Shown: positions 36,343 through 49,180 of the stretch, piece by piece
Layout of the letters: every line of letters begins with the position of its first letter
Position numbering within the stretch: the first letter of the stretch is position 1
Origin: Octopus sinensis
Taxonomy: Eukaryota
Direction: 5' to 3'
Assembly: GCF_006345805.1 (NCBI RefSeq)
Contig: NC_042997.1
Span: forward strand, 147,746,001 to 147,810,000
Length of the DNA: 64,000 nt
Notes under the pieces: model-generated
The model's database searches: none
Seen by the model: the letters and a program-made list of their open reading frames with translations, nothing else
What the model was told of the DNA's origin: nothing
Program-made: the position numbers and the translations under genes

Positions 36343-36690
36343 TGTTTGGCTTCCTGATGTCATTCACAGTAGTATGTAGAAAATGCCACTAGCTCAACTC
36401 AGGACTCCTCAGTACCCATCGAGTTCAAAATCAAAGAAGAGAAACAGGAAAATGGAGCTAGGTACCTTTGATAATTTGAGTGAGGTACTTTTTGAAGAGC
36501 CACCTGACGAGACACGTCTGCACGAAAGGATGCCTCATAACCAGTTGTAAAATATCTATACGCGAGAGATCCATGCAAGAAGATTGTGTTGTGAATAGGA
36601 AGAGATCTCGTGAATATCATTCCTGATTCTCAATTTCTATTATATGTATATATCTGTATGTGTGTGCATATGTGTAGACGCCTGCATTAT
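36343..36690 (+). repeat. third, indel-rich copy of part of the inverted-duplication arm
   Basis: Matches 34793-35140 and 35240-35320 with many 1-2-bp indels. Confidence 0.85.
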
Positions 36691-36693
36691 ATA

Positions 36694-36724
<31 letters not shown>

Positions 36725-36746
36725 ATATATCTTATATATATATAAG

Positions 36747-36788
<42 letters not shown>

Positions 36789-37189
36789 CATTTATATATA
36801 TTATGTGTATGTGTGTGTGTGTGCGTTTGTTATGGGTGCATGTGTGTGTGTTGTGTGTGGGGTGTGTGTTGGTTGATGCCTCCAGAGGATGAAGTAGGCT
36901 AGCCCAATACGTAGATATAGTGAGAAGCCTAGATGTCAGAGTTCAGACTAGCACAGTTGAGTAGCAGTCGGAGTAGAGTGAGGTTTAATAGCAGTCGAAG
37001 AGAGCAGATGTAGAGTCGAGCAGATTTAAGTTGAAAGCATCCGAACGTGCAACATAACAATATGTGTGTGTGTGTATGTGTATGCGTGTGTGCTCGCGTG
37101 ACGTGCGTGTGTGGATATGTATATACATAGATGTGTATGTTTCTATATATACAAGCGAATGTACATGTGTGTGTGTGTGTGTGTGTGTA

Positions 37190-37570
37190 TGTGTGGCTAC
37201 GTGGTAAGAAGCTTGCTTCTCAACATCATAGTTCGGCCATTCTGTCAGGCAAGTGCTTTCTAATATAACTCTGGGATAACCTAAGCCTTATGAGTGTTCT
37301 AGGTAGATGGAAGCGGCATAAGCCCGTCGTATATATATGCATACATACATACGTATGTATATATACATATGTATATACATATATACTTATGAGTGTGTCC
37401 TTGCGGTGTGCTTGTACCTCACTCCACTGCTTGACATCATGTCCATAAATTACCGGTTCAGCATTTAGCGAGCGATAGAATAAATACCAAGTTTAGAAAA
37501 AATTGGTACTAGGTTTGATTTGCTCGACTAACCACTTCAAGGTGGTGCTCTAATATTGCCGCAGTTTGAT
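37190..37570 (+). mobile_element. degenerate SINE family A
   Basis: gtggctacgtggtaagaagcttgct…agcccgtcgtatat…ggtggtgctctaatattgccgcagtt. Confidence 0.7.
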
Positions 37571-37880
37571 GACTTAAACAAGGAAAACGATGAAATTCAA
37601 TGGAATTTCAATATCAACAGGGTATTTCTGCGTGCATCTGTGTATGTGTGCAGTATTTAGAGTAGGTATGTACCTATGTATGTATACATGTATGTATGTA
37701 TGTACGTACACTATATATATATATACATTCACACACACACATACACACACACACACCACACACACATATATATATATATATATATGCATGTACGCATGAG
37801 TGTATGTGTATATATATATATATGTGTGTGTGTGTATGGATGTGTGCGTGTTTTTGTTTGTACATTTATGTATATTTATG

Positions 37881-37919
<39 letters not shown>

Positions 37920-38172
37920 TAATAAATAAAATATATGCATACATACATACATATATGTACGTACCTACATCTACATGTATTATCTACATGCATACATATA
38001 TGTATGTATGTATGCATATATTTATTTATTACACTATTGTATGACTGAGCGCCCTCGCGTCGTTTCGTTTCCTCCAAGTAAGTTTTTATATTATATATAT
38101 ATATATAAATAATTATATATATATAAATATATATAAATATATATATACATATGTATATATATATATATATAT

Positions 38173-38203
<31 letters not shown>

Positions 38204-38232
38204 ATAACATACATATATAGATAGATAGATAG

Positions 38233-38296
<64 letters not shown>

Positions 38297-38914
38297 GATG
38301 TGTGTGTGTGTGTGTGCAGTATCTGAATATGCGGGAGTATTTTATTTTGTGTGTACACATTTAAAGCCGAAGGAATTTCTCTTAAAATGAATAGTTGTTA
38401 TACATTAACGAATCATTGCAACAAAAATTAATGACGTTGTCATAGAAGTTACAGTTAATCAAACCACTATTTCCTTAATAAATGCATTTCAATGCTACAC
38501 TATATATTTATAACTTCTTTGTTTATTTATTCCTGTAGCGAGGAACTGTGTTAAATTTTGCGTATCGTACAGGATCAACCCTCTATAATTAAATATGTTT
38601 GTATGTGAACTAGTGCGCATGGGTGTATATGTGTTTGTGTATGTGTTTGTGTGTGTGTGTGTGTGTGGATCATTATGTGTGTACCAACGATCATTCATGA
38701 ACTAACATCTCAGATTCTATTATAAACAAAATTAAACGGCGCAAGATTACAAGTAAACACTTTTAGATTTAAAATTACAGCTACCCTACAGGGACGATCA
38801 AGTGTCACAGTTTAGGAGAAACAAGCTATCATGCACACCATTATTAGACGTGTTTTCCCCCTCTCACTCCGAAGCATGTACACATACGAACGCAAATTTT
38901 AGCAGTATAGGATA

Positions 38915-38985
<71 letters not shown>

Positions 38986-39289
38986 GCACACGCACACATT
39001 CTGTATGTATAAAAAAAATGTAAAGTGGTGTATGGATTTTAAATAATAAAAAAAGGAGGTAGTCAGGATTTGATAAAACTATCTGGCTTTTCCTTATCTC
39101 GCTTTATCTATCTTTGTCTCTGTCTGTCTGTCTGTCTGTCTATCTGTCTGTCTGTCTCCCTCTTTCACTCTCTCACTCTCTCTCTCTCACGGACTCACTC
39201 ATACTAGATTTTAGATACTAACTCTTTTTATATATATCCATTTTTGTTTTTTGTTTTTGTTTTTCTCTCCTGCTTCTTACGGCTAGTGA

Positions 39290-39528
39290 TACAGTGATCC
39301 CTCGCGATATCGCGGTTCACCTATCACGGTTCACCTATCGCAGTTTATTATTTAAGCTTACAGCGATTCCTCTGTGGTGCTGTTATGCATTTAAAATAAA
39401 ATAAATATATGCAAATTATAAAAATAATAAAAACGCATACTGTATAGTACTGTTTCTACTTCGTAGACTTTCACCTATCGCGGGGGTTTCGGAACGTAAC
39501 ACCTGCGATAGTCGAAGGAATTACTGTA
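39290..39528. mobile_element. pogo/Tigger-like MITE
   Basis: TA-cagtgatccctcgcgatatcgcgg … ctgcgatagtcgaaggaattactg-TA (imperfect TIRs, TA target duplication). Confidence 0.7.
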
Positions 39529-39617
39529 CATAGAATATATAAAATCACACGTAAATTGTCTTTTATGTAATGTATTTCTAGTTATTTATAGAAAGTTACA
39601 TTAAGGGCATATGTAAA

Positions 39618-39695
<78 letters not shown>

Positions 39696-40150
39696 GCTAT
39701 CTATCTAGCTAGCTAGCTGTCTGTCTGTCTGTCAGCCTGCCTCTCTGTCTGTCTGCACTCAAAATTATCTATCTCTACAAATTTTGGAGAGTAGCTATTG
39801 TCCTTCAAGCACTTTACTCCACTTCTTATGTATTTGTATGTTTTCAACGGTCAACTTTTCCAGAGATGTATAAATACGTTCCCAAATAAACTTGTACTTC
39901 AATTTAAAAGCTCCAAGAAAGCTATAAAGCCATGCACAAGTGCCCGACTCAGAGTGCACTGCATTGCATAGCAGAAACAGCTGTAAGCTAATGAAATCAT
40001 TGCATAATTTCCTGTTTCCTTCTCATTTAGTGACTTTCATATTACGTTCTGTACTCGACTAATGCTTCATAATGAAGCATATGTATACTGAGTTCTAACG
40101 CTCGTGTTATTAGTATCTGTATGTCTAATCGAAATTTTAATGTGTATATA

Positions 40151-41314
40151 TACGAGGGTCGGATGAAAAGTTCATAGGAAGGAGTGATACTAGGTGTGAA
40201 ATCTTGCAGGTATTAATTCCAAATATTCTTATTAATAACTACATTGTTCCTGTACAAGTAAACTCACATCTGACTACTCAAAGACTTCAAATGTAACTAG
40301 TAGCAACCTCTCTTGAAAATTGACAAAATTCGGCACCGTGGTGTTATCAAATATCTGCAGAAAAAGACATTCATGCTGACATGGTTCATACATTTGTGGA
40401 TGCCGGCCCAGCTTTATGAACAGTGCAAAAATGGGCAGTTGTATTAAGGTGGAAAACAGAGATTATTGAAGATCACCCAAGGTCTGGACGTCTTGCAACT
40501 GCCACCACCGAGGAAAATATTGATCATGTTCACTACATGGTGACTGGCTATAAATCAAATAAGAAATGCTCTTAGCATATCCCGTGAGAGAGTTGAGAAT
40601 ATTTTGCACAACGTGGCATCACGGAGATATCTTCTCCGTGGGTGCCATCTTTTCTGATACTTGATCAAAAACAAACCTGGCTGATCACATCAAGGGAAAA
40701 TTTGATATTGTTTGATGCAGATCCAGATGGTTTCCTAGAATGTTTCCTTACCCAGGATGAGAGTTGGGTTCATTACATTGAGCCAGAGCCAGAGACAATC
40801 CATGCAGTGAAAACACCTCTCTTCACCTGCTTCAAAGTAGGACAAGGCCACGCCATCAATGGAGAGTATGAAGTCAACTTGCTGAGACAGTTACTAAAAG
40901 TTATCAAAATCAAATGCCCAAGACAACTGACGAGGGGGCTCTCGTTTCACCAGGGCAAAACTCCAGACCACAAGACCTTAGTTTTAATGGGTGCTGTGCG
41001 TAACAGTGGCTTTGAAATGGTTGGGTAACATCCCTATTCTCCTGATTTGGTCCTGTCTGATTTTAATTTGTTACCGAACATGAAAGTCATTTGACTGGGA
41101 ACCGGTATTGCACTGTTAATGACGTCATATCTGCTGTTGGTGACTTCTTTTGAGCGACAGGATGAAAGTAGCTTCACCAAAGGGAACCAATCACTACAAC
41201 ACAAATGGAAGAAATGTTCTTGGGCGCAAGGGTGATTATGTTGAAAAATAAATCACATTTGGTCACATTCCATGAGAGTATCTTGGTCAGCCTATGAACT
41301 TTTTGACTATTGTA
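40151..41314 (+). mobile_element. mariner transposon, degenerate full-length copy
   Basis: TA termini with aaaagttcatagg TIR core; decayed transposase about 40317-41249: KIDKIRHRGVIKYLQKK…, TQDESWVHYIEPE, FHQGKTPDHK (HDNA-like), PYSPDLVLSDF, KGDYVEK*. Confidence 0.88.
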
Positions 41315-42239
41315 TGTATGCATGTATATATTTAAACGCAGAAATATAATCATGCATATGAGTATATGAGTGTGTATACATACATGCATACATACATACA
41401 TACATACATACATACATACATGCATACATACATACATACATACATACATACATACATACATACATACATACATGCACACACACATATACACACATATTCA
41501 TACATAAAACCGCCAAGAGAGTCGCATATGAATAAAATGCTGAGCTTTTTATGTCGTATATATTTCCTACGTATGCGTGAGAATGATCTCCCCTGTAGAT
41601 CCTTTTTATACAAATATGAGAATAAAGCATCTTATGTTCGCCTGAATATAGACATGCATTTCTAATTGATATTCGCGTGCGCATGCACGTGTATACGTGA
41701 AAGCTAGAAGAGTGTTAGCTTTTGCATGTATCACTGAAGATATAGATTTCATCCTGTCTTCTTATTTACCACCTATATCCTCTAGGCACGCATGCTTCTG
41801 GTTTTTCGTTCTGATATACACTTATGATTGCTTGTTTCTTTATGTGAATTATATTTCTTCATACCATTTATTTTACACACGTTCATACCCACATATGCGT
41901 ACGTACACAACCCCATTCACAGGTACCACATATATACATACACACACAGCCCCATACCCACGCCACATATTTAGACATATGTATATATTTCTGTATGTGT
42001 TTATATATATATATATATATAAAAATGGAACAAAAACGCAATAGAGGACATTAAAACTCTCCGACATATACACGATACAATGGCGGACAAGAGAAACAAC
42101 AATTAGAAGGACAGACAAAAAAAAAAAAACAGGTCATTCCTGGCTTTCTTTCCTCACTCAAGTTCCAGAATATATATATATATTATATGTACATATAGAC
42201 ATACATATTTATACATAAACACCTCTTTGAATTTCTGCC

Positions 42240-42375
42240 GTCCATGATCCTAGATGAACCCCCATCACGGTATGAAACTCAATAAGGGCAGCAATATGAT
42301 AAACCCTCATTCATGGGAAGGTGCTGATACTCATAATGACCCAGCATGGCCACAGCCGTTATGCAGAAAATGTAT
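42240..42375 (+). mobile_element. old 3' fragment of the CR1/L2-group LINE family
   Basis: ILDEPHHG… resembles VPDEPTSR…RAA of the 15.4-kb LINE, followed by cccagcatggccacagc tail. Confidence 0.5.
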
Positions 42376-42700
42376 AGAATAATATATAACCTTATAGACA
42401 TCTATATATAACGACGGGCATCTACATATTTTGTCTATATCTACCGATTACATCTCACAATGTTTAACAGTGAAACTGATGCGATAGGTCAAGTCTCTTG
42501 CGGCTTGTTCCATGTAGTGTGAGCGAACTCGTAACGCTTTTGTTACGAATCAAACTTGTTAACCAATTACATATATGTACATGTGCACACGTACGAGCGC
42601 AGGAACACGGTCGTTTATGCACACATTCACATTTATATATACAGATACATATATACACAAAAAATATGCATCTCTCTCTCTCTCTCTCTCTCCCTCTCTC

Positions 42701-42747
<47 letters not shown>

Positions 42748-42860
42748 ATATATATATACACATATTTATGTATATCAAATATCTCTTTCCCTCTGAGTGT
42801 GCATTAGTCTGTGTAGTGTTGCGAATTGCATTACATTTTTGTGTCTATGTTTCTCAATTT

Positions 42861-42903
<43 letters not shown>

Positions 42904-44027
42904 TGTGTTTATGTGTGTGTCTGTGTATGTATGTATGTATGTATGTATGTATGTATGTATGTATGAATGGTTGGATGTAAGTATATGTAAATATATATTC
43001 AAAACTACATAAGCAGAAATACATTTTGGGAACGTATGTCAATCCCTATAGATATTTGTAATTCCATTCATACGCATTAAGAAATACAAAAAAATATAAC
43101 ATATATGGAAGAAGACGGACAAGGAAGGAGCGGATTGCATGTAAAAAGGCAGCTGGAGAGTAGCGGGAAGAGGAAGTGGAAGTGAAATAAAAATATAATG
43201 TAATGCGAAATTGTGTGTATTTTTGTGATAAATCTATTTATCTAAGCTCCAAATTGAATAAGACAATATATCAACGAAAATAAATAATATAAAGCATGAA
43301 TAAAACAACAAAAATATTTACTATAAAATAACGAAATAATAAAAGCTATGGAATATAAAATAATAATGCAAGCCGGAATGATTGGTTTAGCTTTGGAGAT
43401 AAACATCGAAAAATACTGTCGTAGAGGTCAGTATTAGAAATGTCGGGTTTGATTAATGCTGAGTCATCGCGTTCAGCTTGGCGTAGAGTGGCCGACATGC
43501 TAATCGTGCTCATGCGCACAAAAAACGAAGAAAAAAGCGAAGAAAAAAATGCAACAAATACGTATGAATATATACACTTATACATACATATATAAACATA
43601 TAATAACGTGTACGTTGTTTGTTTGATGTATGTATTAATGTATATGATGAATGTATGTGAGTCTATAAGTGTGCAATTGTGTGTGTGTGTATGTGTGTGT
43701 GTGTCAGTGGAATTATGTATATATATAATCAAAAATATACGTCTACTTGTAGGTAAGTATGTCTGTGTATACACACACATACATATATATATATATATGT
43801 GTGTGTTTGAATATATATTTATATACACATATATATTTATGTATCTATGTATACATATATTACACACACACATATATATATAGATGTATATTTATATATA
43901 TATATACATATATATTTATGTATGTGTATATATATGTATATATGTATTAATATATATATGTACATATATGCATATATGCATATGTACATATATTTTATAT
44001 ATACATATGTATATATATATATAGTAT

Positions 44028-44070
<43 letters not shown>

Positions 44071-44090
44071 CATAGATATATAGATATATG

Positions 44091-44148
<58 letters not shown>

Positions 44149-44626
44149 AACATAATCATTCACGCATAAGAAAAAACAAAAACGCGCACATATAGATGCA
44201 GACCACACAGCACACATGCAGATGCACAAACACGCAAGCACACATACTCCTATGCATACATACATACATCCAGATAAACGTACACTATTGCACAACCACA
44301 ATCGCATACACAAGCACACAAACTCATACACACGATTTGCAGCTGAACCCTCGACTCTTCCCGGTCGTTTAACTTGTGATATATACGCTATATATTATTC
44401 CTACTCCTTTCGTCTCTTGTTCCATCTTTACTTGCTTGCATTTACAAACGTCCTTCCTTTAACAAACAACAATGACATGGTCTCTAAAAGATAAATACCA
44501 CTCACAAAATGTTTTTTAAATTGGCCAAGAGGCTTTTACAGGACAGTACAAGGAGGAAATATAAAGAAGTGAGAGCTTACCACCAACTAAAAAGTAACTA
44601 CAACAGTTAATATTCGTCTCTACTCT

Positions 44627-45625
44627 AGGTACAAGGCCCGAAATTTTTGGGGATGGGGCCAGTCGATAGGATCAACCTCAGGATTAAAGGCAAAGTCGAC
44701 TTCGGTGGAATTTGAACTCAGAACGTAGCGGCAGACGAAATACCTATTTCTTCACTACCCACAAGGAGCTAAACACAGAGAAGACAAACAAGGAGAGACA
44801 AACGGATTAAGACGATTATATCGACCCCAGTGCGTAACTGGTACTTTTTTAATCGACCCCGAAAGGATGAAAGCCAAAGTCGACCTCGGCGGAATTTGAA
44901 CTCAGAACGTAATGGCTGACGAAATACTGCAAAGCATTTCGCCCGGCGTGCTAACGTCTCTGCTAGCTCGCCGCCTTTTTTTTTAACGACTCTTATTTCT
45001 TTATTGCCCACAAGGGGCTAAACATAGAGGGGACAAATAAGGACAAACAAAGAGATTAATTCGATTACATCGACCTCAGTGTGTAACTGGTATTTATTTA
45101 ATCGATTCCGAAAGGATGAAAGGCTTAGTCGACCTCGGCGGAATTTGAACTCAGAACGTACCGATAGACGCAATACCGCTAAGCATCTCGCCTGGCGTGC
45201 TAACGATTCTGCCAGCTCGCCACCTTGCTACGACAGTTAGTATAACTATATCACTGAGTTCAAATTCTGCCGAGATCGTCTTGCATTTCATCCTTTTAGA
45301 GTCGATAAAATAAGCACCAGATGAACACTGGGGTCAATGTAATAGACTAGCCCCTTCCCCCGCAATTGCTTCCCTTGCGCAAGAACTTAAATCCAATGCT
45401 ACGATGCTGGATAAAGCGGCGATCTGGCAGAATAGTTAGTATGCTGGGTAAAATGCTCAGAGGCATTTTGTCCGTCGTTACGCTCTAAGTTCAAATACAG
45501 ACGAAATTGATTTGCCTTTCATCATTTCGGGGTCGATAAAATAAATACCGGTTGAGTATTGGGGTCAATGTAATCGACTAGCCCCTTCCTAAGTAATTGC
45601 TAGCCTTGTGCGAAAATTTGAATCC
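44627..45625. mobile_element. cluster of SINE B copies (dimer 44627-44975 on -, monomer 44990-45225 on -, two + copies 45250-45625)
   Basis: Repeated core gcctttcatcctttcggggtcgat; dimer junction gcggcagacgaaatacc|tatttcttcactaccc. Confidence 0.85.
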
Positions 45626-46292
45626 GACATCACTATATTGGTTGGCAAAATCGTTAGCACAACTCCCGCGCTTCTCATCGTCTCTCACCTCCTCTCTAGT
45701 GACGGTAATTCTCTTGTGCTAACAAAAAATTTAGTCCATAAGCAGCCTGGTGCATTTCATAAGTATCTCTAGCGTTTTTCTTTTTTTTTTCCCCGGTTGA
45801 ACAGAAACTTTGTTGCATAGCGAGTCTCCAAGCGACCCAACTGCATTCTGTAAACTCGTCAGCTGTGACAAGCGGTGTTTGAAGGGTGGATTCAAGCTGA
45901 AATTAAAACCGTCTTCTACAATCTGGAATAGCAAAAGCTAGCAGGTTAACGTACTAGATGTATAGTAAAGATATACTATACATCGATACCTTTTTGCTTT
46001 AGATCTGTTCGAAATATATTTATAATATAAACTATCTAATTGGCTGCCACATACTTTCCAATAGTTTTAAACTGACTAGATATTAGTTTTAGTCATGTAG
46101 TTTTTCCTTAATTTGATTTAAAATATCACAGAAATAAAGATATTGGCTTGTTTGTTGGATTATAACAGTTATAATTGCTATTCAACGACTTGGGAATTGC
46201 CGAGGATATACGTACTAACAACATACTTTGATTGTTATTTACAGACCACATATATTTCTTAATCTTTTTGTAATGACCTTAAATGTGTGTGT

Positions 46293-46615
46293 GTGAGGGC
46301 GCGTGGCTTAGTGGTTAGGGCATTCGGCTCATGATCGTAAGGTTGTGAGTTCGATTCCCGGCGACGCGTTGTGTCCTTGAGCAAGACACTTTATTTCACG
46401 TTGCTCCAGTCCACTCAGCTGGCAAAAATGAGTTGTACTTGTATTTCAAAGGGTCAGCCTTGTCACTCTCTGTGTCACGCTGATTATCCCCGAGAACTAC
46501 GTTAAGGGTACACGTATCTGTGGAATGCTCAGCCATTTGCACGTTAATTTCACGAGCAAGCTGTTCCGTTGATCGTATCAGCTGGGACCCTCGTCGTCGT
46601 AACCGGCGGAGTCTT
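46293..46615 (+). mobile_element. full-length SINE family C with 14-bp TSD
   Basis: Head with tggcttagtgg (A box) and gagttcgattcc (B box); ttaaatgtgtgtgt at 46279-46292 and 46620-46633. Confidence 0.93.
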
Positions 46616-46624
46616 CTTTTTAAA

Positions 46625-46662
<38 letters not shown>

Positions 46663-46730
46663 TACAAAAAAATTAACAGAATGAGATAAAAATCCAAGGT
46701 TGTGAAAGATTTCAGAACAATCATAAATAG

Positions 46731-46778
46731 GTCTTACAGCTGTTTCCGGGATATTTTATATACCTCTTCATCAGAGAC
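46731..46778 (-). ncRNA. minimal type I hammerhead ribozyme motif
   Basis: GUCU-CUGAUGA-A-GAGGUAU-AUAAA-AUAUCCC-G-GAAA-C-AGCU-GUA-AGAC: stem I GUCU/AGAC, palindromic stem III ACAGCUGU, GUA triplet. Confidence 0.75.
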
Positions 46779-46922
46779 GGTGTGAGAAAATGGTTCAGCA
46801 ATAGTTATTCTAGATAAGATTAGTTATCTAGAATAACTAGTGCACTTCCTTATATATATATATATGTGTTCTAGAATAGTTATCTATAATAACTATTCCT
46901 ATAATAACCATTTTCGCGCACC

Positions 46923-46969
46923 GTTTCTGATGAAGGGATATTTAAATATCTTGGAAACAGCTATAAGAC
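46923..46969 (+). ncRNA. minimal type I hammerhead ribozyme motif (stem III G>A variant)
   Basis: GUUU-CUGAUGA-A-GGGAUAU-UUAA-AUAUCUU-G-GAAA-C-AGCU-AUA-AGAC. Confidence 0.65.
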
Positions 46970-47194
46970 ATGCTATTTATAAATGTTCTGAAATCTCTCA
47001 TTCTGTTAATATTTTTATATATACACATGCTGATATATGACATACGTTCGACTCCTCATTCCCATAATCAACGAACCTGGAGCTTAATATAGTCTATCCA
47101 TAGCACTTACTCAGCATTATCTGACACCTTTGGGTCTTCTTGACACCATTAACTCTCATAACCTCAATATATATATATATATATATATATATTC

Positions 47195-47390
47195 TTTTAT
47201 TCATCTATTTGTTTCAGTCATTTGACTGCATCCATTCTGCAGCACCACCTTTAAGTCAAACAAATCGATCCCAGGGGTTGTACTTATTCCATTCGGACTC
47301 TTTTCACGAACCGCTGAGTTACGGGGAGATAAACATACCAACATCGGTCGTCAAGCGACAGTGGGAGGACAAACACAGACATAGTATGTC
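47195..47390 (-). mobile_element. SINE family A 3' half
   Basis: gtttcagtcatttgactgcatccattctgcagcaccacc…gagttacggggagataaacatacc. Confidence 0.75.
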
Positions 47391-47504
47391 TATATATGTG
47401 CGTGTGTGTGTGTATACACACATATATATATATATGCACATATATACAAATGTACACACACACACACGCACACACATATTCTCTCTCTGTATATTTTCTC
47501 TTAT

Positions 47505-47630
47505 TAATTTCTGTTGAAGGACGTAGGCTCAAAACGTAAAAAAATTTCTCACTTTCCCCAGCGTCAAACTAATACATCTGCTTGTTGTTCATACACCTGT
47601 CTTCGTCGTTCGTTTTTCTGTAAATTTCAG
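47505..47630 (+). mobile_element. dispersed repeat with CUGUUGA-variant hammerhead-like motif
   Basis: UUU-CUGUUGA-A-GGAC-GUAG-GCUC-AAAAC-GUA-AAAA followed by sequence homologous to the reverse of 13686-13750. Confidence 0.6.
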
Positions 47631-47651
47631 CTCTCTTCTCTCTCGTCTCTC

Positions 47652-47782
<131 letters not shown>

Positions 47783-47912
47783 CATACATATATATATGTG
47801 TGTATGTTTTCTGCACGTATTCTATTATTATCATGTCTAAAGTAGATACGAACCAGCATATTCTAAACAAAAACACACACACGCACGCATGCACACACAC
47901 ACACAGACACAC

Positions 47913-47944
<32 letters not shown>

Positions 47945-48721
47945 GTGTGTGAGCGTGTCTGGCATTTCTTTATATATATGTATTCGTATTTGCTTCGAAA
48001 TATGTTAGGAAATGTCATAGAAAGTGTGCCATTAATTCAGCACCTGGGTCCATTCCAGGTGCTCTATTAATAGAAGTACTCTATTCCGTGTGAGTACTCT
48101 ATTATGTTTATGTAGTCTATTATATGAGATGAAAATTACTATAGATTTTTTTTTATTATGAATGTCATTATTAATAAATAATTGCATCTAATATAATGAA
48201 AAGTGATTTGAGTTGGCCGACATTCAATTTCATGGCTTACTAGTAGTGCGTAGTACAAGCCAGACCTACGACGATATAGCCTAAGATTGACGTATGATAT
48301 TTCTGTGTTGCAGTCGAATATAGAAAATTTTCAATTTCTGCTCTCCAAACCAAAGACTATGCAAATGACAAATCTTCTTTACATTCATTTGATTCTAACT
48401 TTAAGCAAGGAATATTCATGCTGTATCCCCAGAAGTGTATTACGTTGCTTTATTTAATCTAATCGAACTTATTTTCATATCTCAGTTTTTGAACGTATTA
48501 TATATATTTTGTAGGTGTTCACCTGTTAAACTGATTCTGTCCTTATAACATTTCCATCACCTAGTTTAAGATAGGGTTGTGTATTTTCCCATTAATAACA
48601 TACATACGTACATACATACATACATACATACATACACACATACATATATACATACATACATACATACATACATACATACATACATACATACATACATACA
48701 TACATACATACATACATGCAT

Positions 48722-48936
48722 ATTCAGGGGGTGCTGAAAATTTTCTGGCTTTAGGGGCATAACGAAAGACCTCGCTCGAAGCCCAACCTTCCCAGTTCTT
48801 TTACAGGGCTTAGAAAAACTGAAGGACCCCTGCAATAAGTGTGTGAATCTGAGAGGGAAATATATTGAATAAAATCATATTTAACTACTGTATTTTCTTT
48901 TACTCAAAGTCAAGAACTTTTCTGCAATAACCTCTT
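48722..48936 (+). mobile_element. internally deleted mariner (MITE)
   Basis: gggggtgctgaaaattttctggcttt … aaagtcaagaacttttctgca TIR-like ends; encodes GLEKLKDPCNKCVNLRGKYIE*, a mariner-like C-terminus. Confidence 0.7.
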
Positions 48937-48978
48937 ACATATATACATACATACGTACATACACTCATACATACACAC

Positions 48979-49031
<53 letters not shown>

Positions 49032-49040
49032 CGGATATTA

Positions 49041-49180
<140 letters not shown>

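Larger units (their letters stand above)
46672..47010. mobile_element. palindromic element with two divergently oriented hammerhead motifs
   Basis: Inverted arms 46672-46797 / 46905-47010; perfect internal 16-bp palindrome 46802-46839. Confidence 0.8.

Noticed and set aside
45731-45934. Candidate exon after a strong polypyrimidine tract (ccccggttgaacag at about 45790-45802)
   Set aside because: Frames stop within 45 codons and match no family I recognise.
46293-46370. tRNA gene (CAT anticodon-like loop)
   Set aside because: Acceptor stem is imperfect, there is no oligo-T terminator, and it continues into a SINE body with TSDs; the same holds for the other tRNA-like heads.
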